From Chloroflexota bacterium (GTDB taxonomy: Bacteria > Chloroflexota > UBA11872 > VXOZ01), in the NCBI GenBank assembly GCA_964291655.2, contig OZ219802.1, positions 928,001 through 992,000 on the forward strand: a stretch of 64,000 bases of DNA, given 5' to 3'. The first letter of the stretch is position 1. The number at the start of each line of letters is the position of its first letter. Positions 19,552-30,038 of the stretch are shown here, in pieces. The notes beneath the pieces were generated by a model that ran no database searches, was not told the DNA's origin, and was given only the letters and a program-made list of their open reading frames with translations. Position numbers and translations under genes: made by a program.

Positions 19552-20379
19552 CTAGGAACTTTCGAGGGGAATCCGGAGTTTTTGCACGAGCGTCTCGTAG
19601 AAGTATGTGCGCTCCTGTACGCGGGCGAATTTGCAGGATTGCGATGCGGTGGTCAGGTGCATCATCCCTTCATTGGCCAAGTCGCCGACCGGCAGCCCGT
19701 CAATAGTGACCACTGCTTCGTGTTGGTGGAAGACCTGCAACCGCAAGCGCGCGGACTGGCGCAAGACAAAAGCCGTCGTCGGTCCTCGCAGCACGAACAT
19801 GGGCGTGATGAGCATGTTCCGCACCTCGGGATGCAGTATCGGTCCTCCCGCCACCATAGAATAGGCCGTTGACCCGGTCGCCGTGGAGATCATCAGTCCA
19901 TCCGCAACGTAGTCGGCGAGAAAAGCATCATCAATCCAAACTTTAATATCCAGTACGCCCCGCACGTGCCCTTGGCTGATCACAGCTTCATTGAGCGCTA
20001 CGGTTTTCTGTGCCTCACCCTCGATTTGGCAGTCTAGCATCGAACGCTCTTCTATCCAGTATTCCTCATTCAAGAAGCGCGGCAACATCTGGATTGCCTC
20101 TTTCGGCAGCAACTCCGACAAAAAGCCGAGCCTGCCAAACTTCACGCCAACAATGGGAACATCATTCTGCGCGCAGAGCGGCGCCGCCCGCAAGATGCTC
20201 CCGTCGCCTCCCAATGTAAAGAGAAGATCGGTGGCGGGTACCAATTCATGCCACTCAGATTCCGCTTCCACCGGCACGTGCCACGCCTTATGTCCTTCCT
20301 TCTGAATGACGGTGTGCAGAACGGTAGCAAGCGCATGCGCCTGCTGGCGTCCAGGATGGTAAAGCAATCCAATGTTCAC
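19552..20379 (-). CDS. nadK: NAD(+) kinase
   Basis: LGGDGSIL, GRLGFL, ALNE, ADGLMISTATGSTAY, GGP; conserved nadK-recN synteny; GTG start assumed. Confidence 0.93.
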   Translation of the reverse strand: MNIGLLYHPGRQQAHALATVLHTVIQKEGHKAWHVPVEAESEWHELVPATDLLFTLGGDGSILRAAPLCAQNDVPIVGVKFGRLGFLSELLPKEAIQMLPRFLNEEYWIEERSMLDCQIEGEAQKTVALNEAVISQGHVRGVLDIKVWIDDAFLADYVADGLMISTATGSTAYSMVAGGPILHPEVRNMLITPMFVLRGPTTAFVLRQSARLRLQVFHQHEAVVTIDGLPVGDLANEGMMHLTTASQSCKFARVQERTYFYETLVQKLRIPLESS

Positions 20380-20754
20380 GGCCGTATGCCTATCTCTGAT
20401 GTTTCTCGAGGAGGATTGAACCACTCCGGGTGTCGGCCACTGTGACAGACGCGCCAAAGTGAAACTCAATACTGCCAAGGCTTCAGGACATTACCTGGAG
20501 GTACTCCATCGATTCTGACGCTATATGAAACCCATTGCGGTTCGATTATACCGCAGCCAGCCGCGCGAAGAGTTCGGTGCAACGACCTTGCCCTCAAGCA
20601 AGTCCCGGTCGCAATGACAATAAGAGTGCGGCGGAGAACGCCACACTGGGTACCGCCCACACCGTGCCAAATTCACCCGCTGGCCTCAGGCATGGCTGGC
20701 GGGAGCTAAGAGGGGGAGACGCCGCCACTAGTCATCTGGATACGCGGCAAGGCG

Positions 20755-21912
20755 CTAGGATTGGGACGCCTGTCGCTGTGCGCTGTACATCAAGCCGTGG
20801 GTCAACTGGCGATACATGAGCACAGTCTTTGCGGCGATGCGCTCCTGGGTAAACTCACGTAGTACCCGCTTTCGTCCCTGTACGCCGAATTCGTGCCGCA
20901 GGGCGGGTTCTTGATATAAGGCGGTCAGAGACTTGGTAAGCGCTTCCACGTCGCCCTCCGGGAACGTCACGCCGGATCGCTCGCCAGCGTCGTTGCCGAT
21001 GATTTCAGGGATTTCACCGGACTCCGAGCCGACCACAGGCACACCACATGACATGGCTTCGATGAGTACGCGCCCAAATTGCTCCTTCCAGTTCGGCATA
21101 GTGAGGGAAGGCAATACGCAGACGTGCATTGCTCGGTAGTGGACAGGCATTGCGCTGCTGGAAACGGGGCCGAGGAAGTCTACACGATCTTGAATGCCGA
21201 GAGACTCAGCCTGCGCACGGAGCGCTCGTTCGGCTGAACCGGTGCCAACGAGCTGCACACGGTAAGGAAAACTGAGCCGCGAAGCAGCGCTGAGCAGCAC
21301 GTGAATTCCTTTTTCCGGCACGAGCCGACCTACAAAGCCAATCCTAAAGAACTCATCACGGTTTCCGGGTTGCGGGGCCGGGGTAAAGAGCTCTGCATCC
21401 ACCCCAAACTGCGGGAAAACCGCCGAGGGGAATGAATAGCGCTTGCGCCGCAGCACTTCCTGAGCCTGGCGGGTGCCTGCCTGCGCTGCGTGTGACTTAA
21501 GCAGGGAAAAGAGCTCGAAAAAGTAGAATGGCGGGGGGTAAACGCGGTAGATGTTCTGCCACGCAAAAAAGATCGCTTTGGCGCCGACTCGCCGCGCGTG
21601 CCAGATGGCGTGCGCAGTAGCAAAATTATACGGTTCCTCATCCACGTGCACCACGTCGGGTCGCCAATCGAGAAGATGACGCCGGAGGTTTGGATAGTAG
21701 TGCGCGTGATAGTGTCCGTTGAAGCGCATATGCTCCGCTACCAACTCGTACCCGGACGTGTAGCGGCGTTCCAATACCTGGCGATGTTCACCTTCGCGCC
21801 AAAAGGGGGGCACGATTGCCCGCAACTCAACATCCGGGAACTTGGCGATCTCTTCCATCTTGCGCTGGTACGTGCCCACCACGAGGGCTTTAGAAATGTA
21901 GAGAACTCGCAT
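20755..21912 (-). CDS. GT4 family glycosyltransferase
   Basis: FVGRLVPEKG; WKEQFGRVLIEAMSCG. Confidence 0.92.
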   Translation of the reverse strand: MRVLYISKALVVGTYQRKMEEIAKFPDVELRAIVPPFWREGEHRQVLERRYTSGYELVAEHMRFNGHYHAHYYPNLRRHLLDWRPDVVHVDEEPYNFATAHAIWHARRVGAKAIFFAWQNIYRVYPPPFYFFELFSLLKSHAAQAGTRQAQEVLRRKRYSFPSAVFPQFGVDAELFTPAPQPGNRDEFFRIGFVGRLVPEKGIHVLLSAASRLSFPYRVQLVGTGSAERALRAQAESLGIQDRVDFLGPVSSSAMPVHYRAMHVCVLPSLTMPNWKEQFGRVLIEAMSCGVPVVGSESGEIPEIIGNDAGERSGVTFPEGDVEALTKSLTALYQEPALRHEFGVQGRKRVLREFTQERIAAKTVLMYRQLTHGLMYSAQRQASQS

Positions 21913-23042
21913 CAGCTCACCTGCTCATACACCGCAATCGTCTGTGCGGCGGTGCGTTCCCACGAGAACGACCGCGCCCGCGTCAAGGCCCGCTCTGCAT
22001 AGTGCGCCCGCTCCTGAGCGGATTCCCAGAGCAGTCCAATCGCCGCCGCCCAGGCGTCTGCGTCATCAGGTGCGACGAGAATGCCACCGTCTGCCACAAC
22101 CTCAGGGAGCGACGTGGTATCGCTGCACACGACCGGCGTGCCGCAGGCCATGGCTTCCAAGGGATCCAAGCCAAAGCCTTCGTACCGTGAAGGAAAAGTG
22201 AAAACTGTCGCGGCACGGTACAAGAGTGGTTTGTCCGCTTCGGGAACGCCGCCCAGGAAGCGCACGCGATGCCCAACATCGGATTCAGTCGCTTGGCGCA
22301 CCCAATCGGGAAACAGGGCCGCCTTGCCGTGTCGGGTACGACCCGCAACCACAAGCGAGACGTCTTCCGGCAGCTTGGTCAGCGCCGCGAAGAGTGTTCC
22401 AATGTTCTTGCGCACGTCCACCCCGCCGAGGTAGAAGAGAAAGCGCTCCGGCAGATCGTAGCGTCGCCGGACGGCCTGGACATCCTCGACCGGTATGTCT
22501 GGCGAGAAACGTGAGTCCGCGGCCAGATGGACAACATGCACGTCGTCTTCGCTCACATTGAGGTGCTCGACCATTTCGCGCTTCGCAGCTTCAGAGTCCG
22601 CAATTATGGCATCTGCCTTGTGCGCCGCTGCCATGACGAGACTCGTATAGAGCCTCACGAGGAAGTTACCTCGATACTCCGGCAAGACAACTGGAATCAG
22701 ATCGTGAATAGTAACCACCAGCGGAAAGCTGTGGTAGTGCGGCGGCGCGAAATACGGCACGTGGCCCACCACACCATCACCCAGTTTTGCCGTCTGTCGC
22801 GGCCACGTTACCTGCTCCCACCAGAGCTTTGCCAGGTTCCCGCTGCGTAGGAGACCAGCCAGTGGCGCATGTGCACGAATGCCGCCTACCGGACGCATCG
22901 TATCACGCGAGAAGTAGGGCACTTGCACCGTCAAGCGATGGTTGCCGTTGCGCTTCTGTAGAGCCCGCAGCAGATGGTATGCATACTGACCGCTGCCGGT
23001 ATGGTGCACATTGAGGAAAAACCCATTTACGGCGACTTCCAT
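21912..23042 (-). CDS. GT4 (MtfB-like) glycosyltransferase
   Basis: VTIHDLIP; RKN; FPSRYEGFGLDPLEAMACG. Confidence 0.92.
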   Translation of the reverse strand: MEVAVNGFFLNVHHTGSGQYAYHLLRALQKRNGNHRLTVQVPYFSRDTMRPVGGIRAHAPLAGLLRSGNLAKLWWEQVTWPRQTAKLGDGVVGHVPYFAPPHYHSFPLVVTIHDLIPVVLPEYRGNFLVRLYTSLVMAAAHKADAIIADSEAAKREMVEHLNVSEDDVHVVHLAADSRFSPDIPVEDVQAVRRRYDLPERFLFYLGGVDVRKNIGTLFAALTKLPEDVSLVVAGRTRHGKAALFPDWVRQATESDVGHRVRFLGGVPEADKPLLYRAATVFTFPSRYEGFGLDPLEAMACGTPVVCSDTTSLPEVVADGGILVAPDDADAWAAAIGLLWESAQERAHYAERALTRARSFSWERTAAQTIAVYEQVS

Positions 23043-23053
23043 AGGTGCAATGG

Positions 23054-24841
23054 CTATTTCTCTAGTGCACGCAGCGCCAGGTACGCTGGGCGCGGTTGTA
23101 GGTTCTTATCCAAGATGGAGAATGAATACGCACTGTCTCTCGGCACGACGTGATTGGCAAAGTTCAGGTTAGAGACCACCAATCCCTCTACGTACCAAAA
23201 CCGTTCCTTGATAAGCTGATACGCCTCAACGAGAAACCGTGCTTGATCCTGTTCAGACACATCGGCTCCAAAGCCAAAGTCGGGGTGTAAGTTGTGCGTG
23301 GTCCATCCCATCTCCGTCATCCAAATCCGCTTGCTCGAGTCATCATACCTCTGCAGCACGTCCCAGTGTTGTTCAAAGCGGCGGAAGAAGAATGACCAGT
23401 GGTCCTTGTACGTGGTGCTCGAGGTCGTGTAATTGTCCGGAGTATCGTTAGGGGCATTATTATAGCCATAGGAGTGCACGCCAAGTACATCGAAGTAATC
23501 GCGAATCATCCCATCGCGATACTGGTACATGGCTTCGAGGTAGCGCACGTCATCCATAGCGACTCCCTCGAGGTTCACGCCGGTGGGCGCCAGGCCGCCG
23601 GCAATTACCGTGGCACTTGGATTTCCACGCTTTACACCGCGATAGCCCACAGCGATTAGCTCCACAAACTCTCCCGGTGACACACTGGCATCCCAGTTAG
23701 AGGCCAGGTTCGGTTCATTCCACAGTTCATAGGCTTGCACTTTGTCACCGTAGCGACTGGCTATCAGCTCCATGAATTGCCCGTAGTCTGCGAAGTTCGC
23801 TGGCGGACCCTCGTGGAAATCCTTGAAGCGGTCCCACCACTCTTGAAGTGACTCTGTGCGGTCGGACTCCGGCACATCAACCCGGCTGCCGCGGGCTTGC
23901 ACCCGGCGCAACCACGCCGGCGCCGCGTACACGCTTAGCAATACGTCCAACCCGTGCCGATTTGCCGCCTCGACGATGCGGTCCACCTGGTCCCAGGTGT
24001 ACCCCCCGGGAGCGATCTCAATTGCATTCCATCGTACCTGCTGCTTAATGCCGGTAAACCCGGCAGCCTTTGCTAATGCGAGTACGCGATTGATGTTCGG
24101 GTCATAGAAGAGCCCCACCTGTGCAAATAGCTTTGGCCCATCGGATCGGCCGGCTTGGTCGCTTTGAATGGGCGTTTGCCGAGATGGATCGCGTAGGGCG
24201 AGAAACTCGCGTCCAAGCGGGGCAAGCTTAACTTCCTCGGGAGTACCGGCTTTCGCGGGATCGTAACGAAAGACCGCCCGCTCAAAGTATTGAACCGGAT
24301 GACGCCAGTCGTCGTCTGCAGGCAACAAACCGGAGATTGGCAGTCCAAACGTCTTGACTCCGCCGTACGCTTGGAAGAACTGAAGAAACGCAAAGCGCAC
24401 CGTGTGCCCGGTCTCCGGAAAGTGACGCTGCGCCGACGTCTGCTCTACCGCTTCCTCTCTGGCAAAGAATCGCCAGTGCGGATAGAGCAAACGGCCGATG
24501 GGACTGAGACGCACCTGGTCGCGCCCGGACCACCACTCCAACCGCGCGTTTTCGAAATACTGAACGACAAGGCCGTCTTCTTGCTGCTCATTCGTCAGCG
24601 GGGCCCCGAGCACGGCTTGGCCCCCCATTTGCTCAAAGTAGCGGAGCATAGCGCCATGCACGACAGGGTCATTGGCAGCGGTGCGACTCGCCTCCGTACT
24701 CGCGATGAGTGGTGCGGGAAAGAGCGTGAGACACCAAATAACGAGCAGCAATCGAACCTGCCACCGTCGTAGTTCACCGCTACCCATTGTGCTCAATCTC
24801 TTCCCTCTAGATGCACTAATTGGTAGTTTTGTCTCTTGCAC
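23054..24841 (-). CDS. Secreted clan GH-A glycoside hydrolase (GH5/GH39-like) with N-terminal Chloroflexi-type FPETGH modules
   Basis: Signal-like TM segment; VQYFENARLE, HFPETGHTV, FGLPIS modules; WNEPN acid/base and WMTEMGW nucleophile motifs; start uncertain. Confidence 0.8.
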   Translation of the reverse strand: MQETKLPISASRGKRLSTMGSGELRRWQVRLLLVIWCLTLFPAPLIASTEASRTAANDPVVHGAMLRYFEQMGGQAVLGAPLTNEQQEDGLVVQYFENARLEWWSGRDQVRLSPIGRLLYPHWRFFAREEAVEQTSAQRHFPETGHTVRFAFLQFFQAYGGVKTFGLPISGLLPADDDWRHPVQYFERAVFRYDPAKAGTPEEVKLAPLGREFLALRDPSRQTPIQSDQAGRSDGPKLFAQVGLFYDPNINRVLALAKAAGFTGIKQQVRWNAIEIAPGGYTWDQVDRIVEAANRHGLDVLLSVYAAPAWLRRVQARGSRVDVPESDRTESLQEWWDRFKDFHEGPPANFADYGQFMELIASRYGDKVQAYELWNEPNLASNWDASVSPGEFVELIAVGYRGVKRGNPSATVIAGGLAPTGVNLEGVAMDDVRYLEAMYQYRDGMIRDYFDVLGVHSYGYNNAPNDTPDNYTTSSTTYKDHWSFFFRRFEQHWDVLQRYDDSSKRIWMTEMGWTTHNLHPDFGFGADVSEQDQARFLVEAYQLIKERFWYVEGLVVSNLNFANHVVPRDSAYSFSILDKNLQPRPAYLALRALEK

Positions 24842-25079
24842 AAGCGCTATTCAGGCTGGATCTTTCGCCGCGATGGGATTCTGCGAATGCAGACGAGGTA
24901 ATCACAGGAAAATCACGCGGGCTGAACATGGGGAGATCGCGAAATAGCATTCACACTGCCACATTATAGCAGATTCGCGTACTCCTCTTTACCTTCCACC
25001 TCAAGTTTCACTGTATTATCCTCTTCACTTTACATTGACCACGATTAGGCTCAAGAGTCTTCCGGTTTCTTGCCAAGGG

Positions 25080-26213
25080 CTAGCTCTTGGCAACACTCGC
25101 CAAATGTGTGCGCAGCTCTTGCGCCGCTCGCTCCCAAGTGAAGCGAGCGGCGCGCTTCTTTCCTCCAGCAATAAGCTGTTCGCGTGTGCTCTCGCATGAA
25201 GCGAGGCGCACCAGCGCCTCGCCAATTGCATTCACGTCCGATGGTTCTACGAGGATTGCCGCATCGCCTGCAACCTCCGGCAGGGATGAAATGTTACCGG
25301 TTATCACCGGCGTCCCGCAGGCCATGGCCTCGAGCACCGGTATGCCAAATCCCTCGTAGAGGCTTGGAAAGACGAACGCACCCGCCCCGCAATACAGTGT
25401 CGCGAGGTCTTCGTCAGAATCTACTCCGGTCAGGAAGTGTACGCGGTCGGAGACGCGGTGTTCACGCGGCGCATTGAAGATATCCTCATGGAGCCACCCC
25501 GGACGTCCCACGTGCACCAGATGATGCGGAAGACCGGACTCGACGACTCCTTGCATAGCCGCTATCGTGCGCGCAATGTTCTTGCGTGGTTGAATCGTCC
25601 CCACCGAAAGGAAGTACGGATGCTCAATGCCGTAGCGTTGGCGTACGGCCTGACGCGCAGCCTGCGAATCTTGAGGACGAAAGACCGGGTCGACGCCACA
25701 ATAAAGCACGCTGACTTTCGCCGGATCAACCTGATATGCCGCGACCAGGTCCTGCTGCGTCGCCGCTGAATCAACTAAGACCAGTTCTGCCCTGGCTACG
25801 CTGTGCGGCACAACGGTTTCCAAGTATGTGCGCAGGGAATCCGGATATGAATCTGGAAAAAGGCGGTACGAAAGATCGTGTACGGTGATGACGCCCGGAG
25901 CGCGCCACAGGGGTGGCAGGGTAAAGTCCGGCGCGTAAAAGACATCCGCCCCACCAACGAGGAGATCGGCGAACAACGGTAGCCGCAACCTATGCCAGAT
26001 ACGTGCCAATATACGCTCTGATACGGGAAGTTCTCTGCGCGTTACGTTAGGAAAGCGGAGGAGCTCTTGCAGCGTTTGTGGGGGTTGACGCGGTGTCAAG
26101 AGCGTGAATTGATCGGAGGGGAACTGAGCGCCGAGCGCCCCGACAAGCGAGCGCGTATACCGACCAATGCCGGCCGGTTGCGCCGCTGACGTAAAGTCGA
26201 TGCCTACTTTCAT
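25080..26213 (-). CDS. GT4 (MtfB-like) glycosyltransferase
   Basis: GIGRY; TVHDL; VGTIQPRKN; FPSLYEGFGIPVLEAMACG. Confidence 0.93.
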   Translation of the reverse strand: MKVGIDFTSAAQPAGIGRYTRSLVGALGAQFPSDQFTLLTPRQPPQTLQELLRFPNVTRRELPVSERILARIWHRLRLPLFADLLVGGADVFYAPDFTLPPLWRAPGVITVHDLSYRLFPDSYPDSLRTYLETVVPHSVARAELVLVDSAATQQDLVAAYQVDPAKVSVLYCGVDPVFRPQDSQAARQAVRQRYGIEHPYFLSVGTIQPRKNIARTIAAMQGVVESGLPHHLVHVGRPGWLHEDIFNAPREHRVSDRVHFLTGVDSDEDLATLYCGAGAFVFPSLYEGFGIPVLEAMACGTPVITGNISSLPEVAGDAAILVEPSDVNAIGEALVRLASCESTREQLIAGGKKRAARFTWERAAQELRTHLASVAKS

Positions 26214-26368
26214 TGCGACCAGAGAGCCACGCTACTAATTTCCACCCAATTTCAGATTCCTAGACACTTAAGCACGTCCAAGCGTCATGTCATGCGTAAT
26301 CACTGTGCTCTTGCCCGCGCCTCAATCCGGCTGTGCATATCTGGAATGCGCACTCATTGCAACCGGGG

Positions 26369-27298
26369 CTAGAGTCTCAGACGGGCGTGGGTAAAATAGT
26401 AGCCTGCACCCGGTATGAGCACCAGCCAGTAACTGATGAGCCGATCGAGGAATGCCACCGCCGCCGCCAGGTCAACCGGTACGTCGAGCAGCAGCATGAC
26501 TCCCACCATTCCCCCTTCTACCACGCCGAGACCGCCGGGTGTGGGAGCCGCAAGCAACAACGCACCGGCCGCAAAGACAAAGAGCAATTGCGGCAATGTC
26601 AGGGACACACCCAATGCGTTTGCCACCAGCAGGAAGCGCCCTGCTTCCGCAGCCCACGCCAATCCTGTCAACAGGGCGACGAGCCACAATGGCTGGACAG
26701 ACTTAAAAACACCGCGCTGAAGCCGCTCAAATCGTTGTCCCAAACTGAGAGGGAAACGCTCCAACATCGTACTGTCCAAGCGCCAAAAGACAAACAAGCC
26801 GCCCGCCATAATCACAATCAAGATGCTTGCAGCCAGCAGCACTCCCCGCATCTCGGTGAGCAATTCGCCACGTACAAAGACGAGTGCGGTGCCAATTGCG
26901 ATCACAAGAAGCGCAAGAATGTCAACGACACGCTCCGCAATCACACTGCCGGTGGCGAGAGAAAAGGAGATCTTCTCCCTGCGGCGCAAGACAAGCCCGC
27001 GATACAAGTCCCCCATCTTAGCGGGAATGAGGTGGTTGATAAACCAGGAGAGGAAGATTACTTCACCCAGCAAGCGCAGTGGAAACCGATGGCCGAGATT
27101 GTGCAGCATGCGCCGCCAGCGCAGCGCCCGGGGCACGAGCGTGGTGTAATACACCAGCAGCGCGAGCACATAGAGCCGCACGTCAACTTGCCGTATTTCC
27201 GACCAGACCCCACGCCAATCCAGGCCAACCACTCGCCATAGCGCGAACAAGAGCGCCACGGCAATGAAAAAGGAGAAAAGAGTCCGTGGACTCAACAA
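26369..27298 (-). CDS. Lysylphosphatidylglycerol synthase TM / UPF0104 flippase-like membrane protein
   Basis: RALRWR, NHLIPAKMGDLYR, ERVVD, PTPGGLGVVE, DRLISYW; start uncertain. Confidence 0.88.
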   Translation of the reverse strand: MLSPRTLFSFFIAVALLFALWRVVGLDWRGVWSEIRQVDVRLYVLALLVYYTTLVPRALRWRRMLHNLGHRFPLRLLGEVIFLSWFINHLIPAKMGDLYRGLVLRRREKISFSLATGSVIAERVVDILALLVIAIGTALVFVRGELLTEMRGVLLAASILIVIMAGGLFVFWRLDSTMLERFPLSLGQRFERLQRGVFKSVQPLWLVALLTGLAWAAEAGRFLLVANALGVSLTLPQLLFVFAAGALLLAAPTPGGLGVVEGGMVGVMLLLDVPVDLAAAVAFLDRLISYWLVLIPGAGYYFTHARLRL

Positions 27299-27701
27299 CC
27301 GCCGCCAGAAAGTGGTAGCTGTGCCTGCTGCTACGTCGTTCGGTTCAGCCGGGGAGGCATTTGCGGGGTCGATGATGATGTCTCTCGTCTCGTGCGATGT
27401 TCTACCTCACTATCATACCGAATAGGTCTCACGCTCCGCGAACCGCGCTGTTGCCTGCGGAATTGACTAACCTTGGAACTCACGACCACACTGGGCGATC
27501 GCTCGCGCGGCTGCGAAACTCACGCTTCACCCTGCATTCGGTTCATGGTGAAACCGTTCGCGCGGAGCAGATTTCGCATGACCGTGCTGCTGACGACAGC
27601 CTAGGATGCCTGGCAGTTGTCCGAGAACACGGTTACACTACAGAATGAAATCGACTGTCATCTGATTCATCCCAAGACTTCATTGCAAGGAGCGCAACAC
27701 G

Positions 27702-28739
27702 ATGGAGCTTTTGCAGCGGCTATGCGAGACACCGGGCATTCCCAGCCGAGAAGAGCCAATTCGCAGTGTCATCCGCGCTGAACTGGAACCGCTGGCGACC
27801 ACAGTCAAAGTTGACGCCTTGGGCAATTTGATCGCCTATCGCCAGGGACAGGGCGGCCCCAAAGTCATGATCGCCGCACATATGGACCAGATCGGGTTCA
27901 TGGCGCGGCATGTAGACGACAACGGCTTCATTCGGCTGCAGCCCGTAGGCGGCTTTGACCCCCGTACCCTGGTAGCCCAACGGGTACGCGTGCACGGCAA
28001 GGAAGACTTGCCCGGCGTGCTTATGCCCGCGACCAAGCCTACGCATCTCCTGGACGAATCCGAACGGGGCAAGGCGCTGCAGCTCGACGACCTGTTCGTT
28101 GACGTTGGCCTATCGGGCGAGCGAGCGAAAGAGCTTGTCCCTCTCGGCGCGCCCATCACATTCGACCGCACGTGCAATGATCTTGGCGACGTGATGGTGT
28201 CCCCTGCGATGGACGACAGGGTCAGCGTCTACGTCATGATCGAGGCTATCCGCGGTTTGGGCGAGCATGCGGCTGAGGTATACGCCGTCGCATCTTCGCA
28301 AGAAGAGGTCGGATTACGCGGTGCGACGGTCGCGGCCTTTGGCGTGGAACCCGATATCGGACTAGCGCTCGACTCGACGTTGGCAGTGGACATTCCCGGA
28401 AGCACCGAAACGGATCGCATATCGAAACTTGGCGACGGCACCGCCATCAAAATCATGGACTCGTCGCTAATTTGCGATCCGCGCTTGGTGGAACACTGCC
28501 GCAAGATCTGCAGTGAAGAGGACATTCCCCACCAGATGGAGATTCTGCCGCGCGGCGGGACGGATGGCGGCGCCATTCAACGGACACGCGACGGCGTGCC
28601 CGCGATCACGATCTCTACGCCTACCCGCTACGTCCACACGGTCAATGAGATGGTGAACAAACAAGACGTAGCCGCCACAGTAGATCTGGTGCGGCGCTTC
28701 ATCGAGACCGCTCACGAAATCGACCTCAACTGGGAGTGA
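27702..28739 (+). CDS. M42 family metallo-aminopeptidase
   Basis: AHMDQIG, DDRV, QEEVGLRGA, GGTDG, RYVH. Confidence 0.93.
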   Translation: MELLQRLCETPGIPSREEPIRSVIRAELEPLATTVKVDALGNLIAYRQGQGGPKVMIAAHMDQIGFMARHVDDNGFIRLQPVGGFDPRTLVAQRVRVHGKEDLPGVLMPATKPTHLLDESERGKALQLDDLFVDVGLSGERAKELVPLGAPITFDRTCNDLGDVMVSPAMDDRVSVYVMIEAIRGLGEHAAEVYAVASSQEEVGLRGATVAAFGVEPDIGLALDSTLAVDIPGSTETDRISKLGDGTAIKIMDSSLICDPRLVEHCRKICSEEDIPHQMEILPRGGTDGGAIQRTRDGVPAITISTPTRYVHTVNEMVNKQDVAATVDLVRRFIETAHEIDLNWE

Positions 28740-29042
28740 ACGTACTGGGCGAAGCGACCGGCCGGCTGCTTCCAACGGCCAAGGATTGACCGGATGTGCC
28801 CCCGGCCGGACCTCACCTAACACCAAAGAGCTCAGCTTCCAGTGGGCTGTGCCGCTCGGCAGGCCTTGGCTTTTGCCAATATCTGTCGCTAGTGGTTCGA
28901 CACGACTGAATTGCTGGGTAGCGTAGTCCCTTCGACAGAGCCGAAACGCTCAGGACTCGCTTGCAACCCCGTATCACGCACGGAGCAGGCCCTGCGCGAT
29001 CTTGCCGTATCGCAGGGTGAGCACACCAAACCGAGGGGCAGG

Positions 29043-29066
29043 GCACAGGTTACAAACCTGTGCTAC
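29043..29066 (-). repeat. GTAG-type REP palindrome GTAGCACAGGTTTGTAACCTGTGC
   Basis: 9-bp stem with ACA loop and terminal CTAC. Confidence 0.7.
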
Positions 29067-29142
29067 CGGAACACCTTCCCTTCTATGGAAATTCCTACCC
29101 ATCTACCGGAGTTCTTACCCTTCTACCGGCGCGCCTACCCAT
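29063..29142. repeat. Degenerate 4 x 20-bp tandem array adjoining the REP
   Basis: ctaccggaacaccttccctt / ctatggaaattcctacccat / ctaccggagttcttaccctt / ctaccggcgcgcctacccat. Confidence 0.7.
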
Positions 29143-29240
29143 CACCGCAAAGTTGCCCAACCACTCGGTTTTTTCGACTGAATGCGAAAGCGGTGTGCGC
29201 CGGGGCGTGCCGATCTTAGAAGGTGTTTGCGATGCCGGCA

Positions 29241-29297
29241 AGAACCGTTCGTACTTCGACAAGTCCTTGTGGAAGCCTCCTCAGCACGAACGGTTCT
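29241..29297. repeat. Palindromic repeat of the CTTCGACAAG...ACGAACGG type
   Basis: AGAACCGTTCGT...ACGAACGGTTCT stem; related sequence near 43083-43116. Confidence 0.55.
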
Positions 29298-29371
29298 GGA
29301 TCAAGGGTTTTTTCTGGACTGCTGCTGGTACGCGAGGTGACTCTGCCTTGCGACAGCTTTCAACTCCCCAG

Positions 29372-29606
29372 GAGACCTTTGCGCAACTCAAGCGGTAGCG
29401 AAATAGTTCCCTCTCCCTCGACGGGAGAGGGCTAGGGTGAGGGTGGATCTCCTGAAATCTCTCCATATGCACACCAAATCTGCCCTGATACGTCTTGACA
29501 CTGCCCAAGATAAAGGGCCATAGTAGCAAAAAGACCCCCTCACCCCAACCCTCTCCCCCAGGAGAGGGAGTTCCCCTGCTTGAAAGTGGGGTTATGCAAA
29601 GGTCTC
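29372..29606. mobile_element. 235-bp MITE (GAGACCTTTGC TIRs)
   Basis: TIRs GAGACCTTTGC / GCAAAGGTCTC; 5-bp TSD CCCAG; internal CCCTCTCCC..GGGAGAGGG palindromes. Confidence 0.85.
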
Positions 29607-29722
29607 CCCAGGATCCCGCACCTGCCTCTGCTTCCTCTGTAAACTCGCTCGCCGTGGACTTTCGCAAAGGATTGCTTGTTTCCCCTCACGTCAATCGCAG
29701 GCGCAATTGTCAGCCTCAATTG

Positions 29723-29958
29723 GAGACCTTTGCGAAACCCAAGTGGAAGCGACAGTGTTCCCTCTCCCTCGACGGGAGAGGGCTAGGGTGAGGGTGAATT
29801 TCTTGAAATCTCTCCAATTGCACACTGAATTTGCCCTGCTACGTCTTGACACTGCCCAGCGTAAAGGGCCTTTTTAGCATAGAGACCCCTTCACCCCCAA
29901 CCATCTCCCCCAGGAGAGTGAGTGCCCCTGCTTGAATGTGGGGTTATGCAAAGGTCTC
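29723..29958. mobile_element. 236-bp MITE, diverged sister of the 29372 copy
   Basis: Same TIRs; 5-bp TSD AATTG; colinear with the first copy. Confidence 0.85.
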
Positions 29959-30038
29959 AATTGGAAGTGCACGCCGGGGAGATTATACTCATAGACGGCA
30001 GACCTCTCTCGACATGCGTAACGAGGTAAGCGCGTCCT

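Noticed and set aside
27299-27409. N-terminal extension of the UPF0104 gene via a non-canonical ATC start
   Set aside because: The frame is open upstream but has no ATG/GTG/TTG and only a weak RBS; it cannot be supported from sequence alone.
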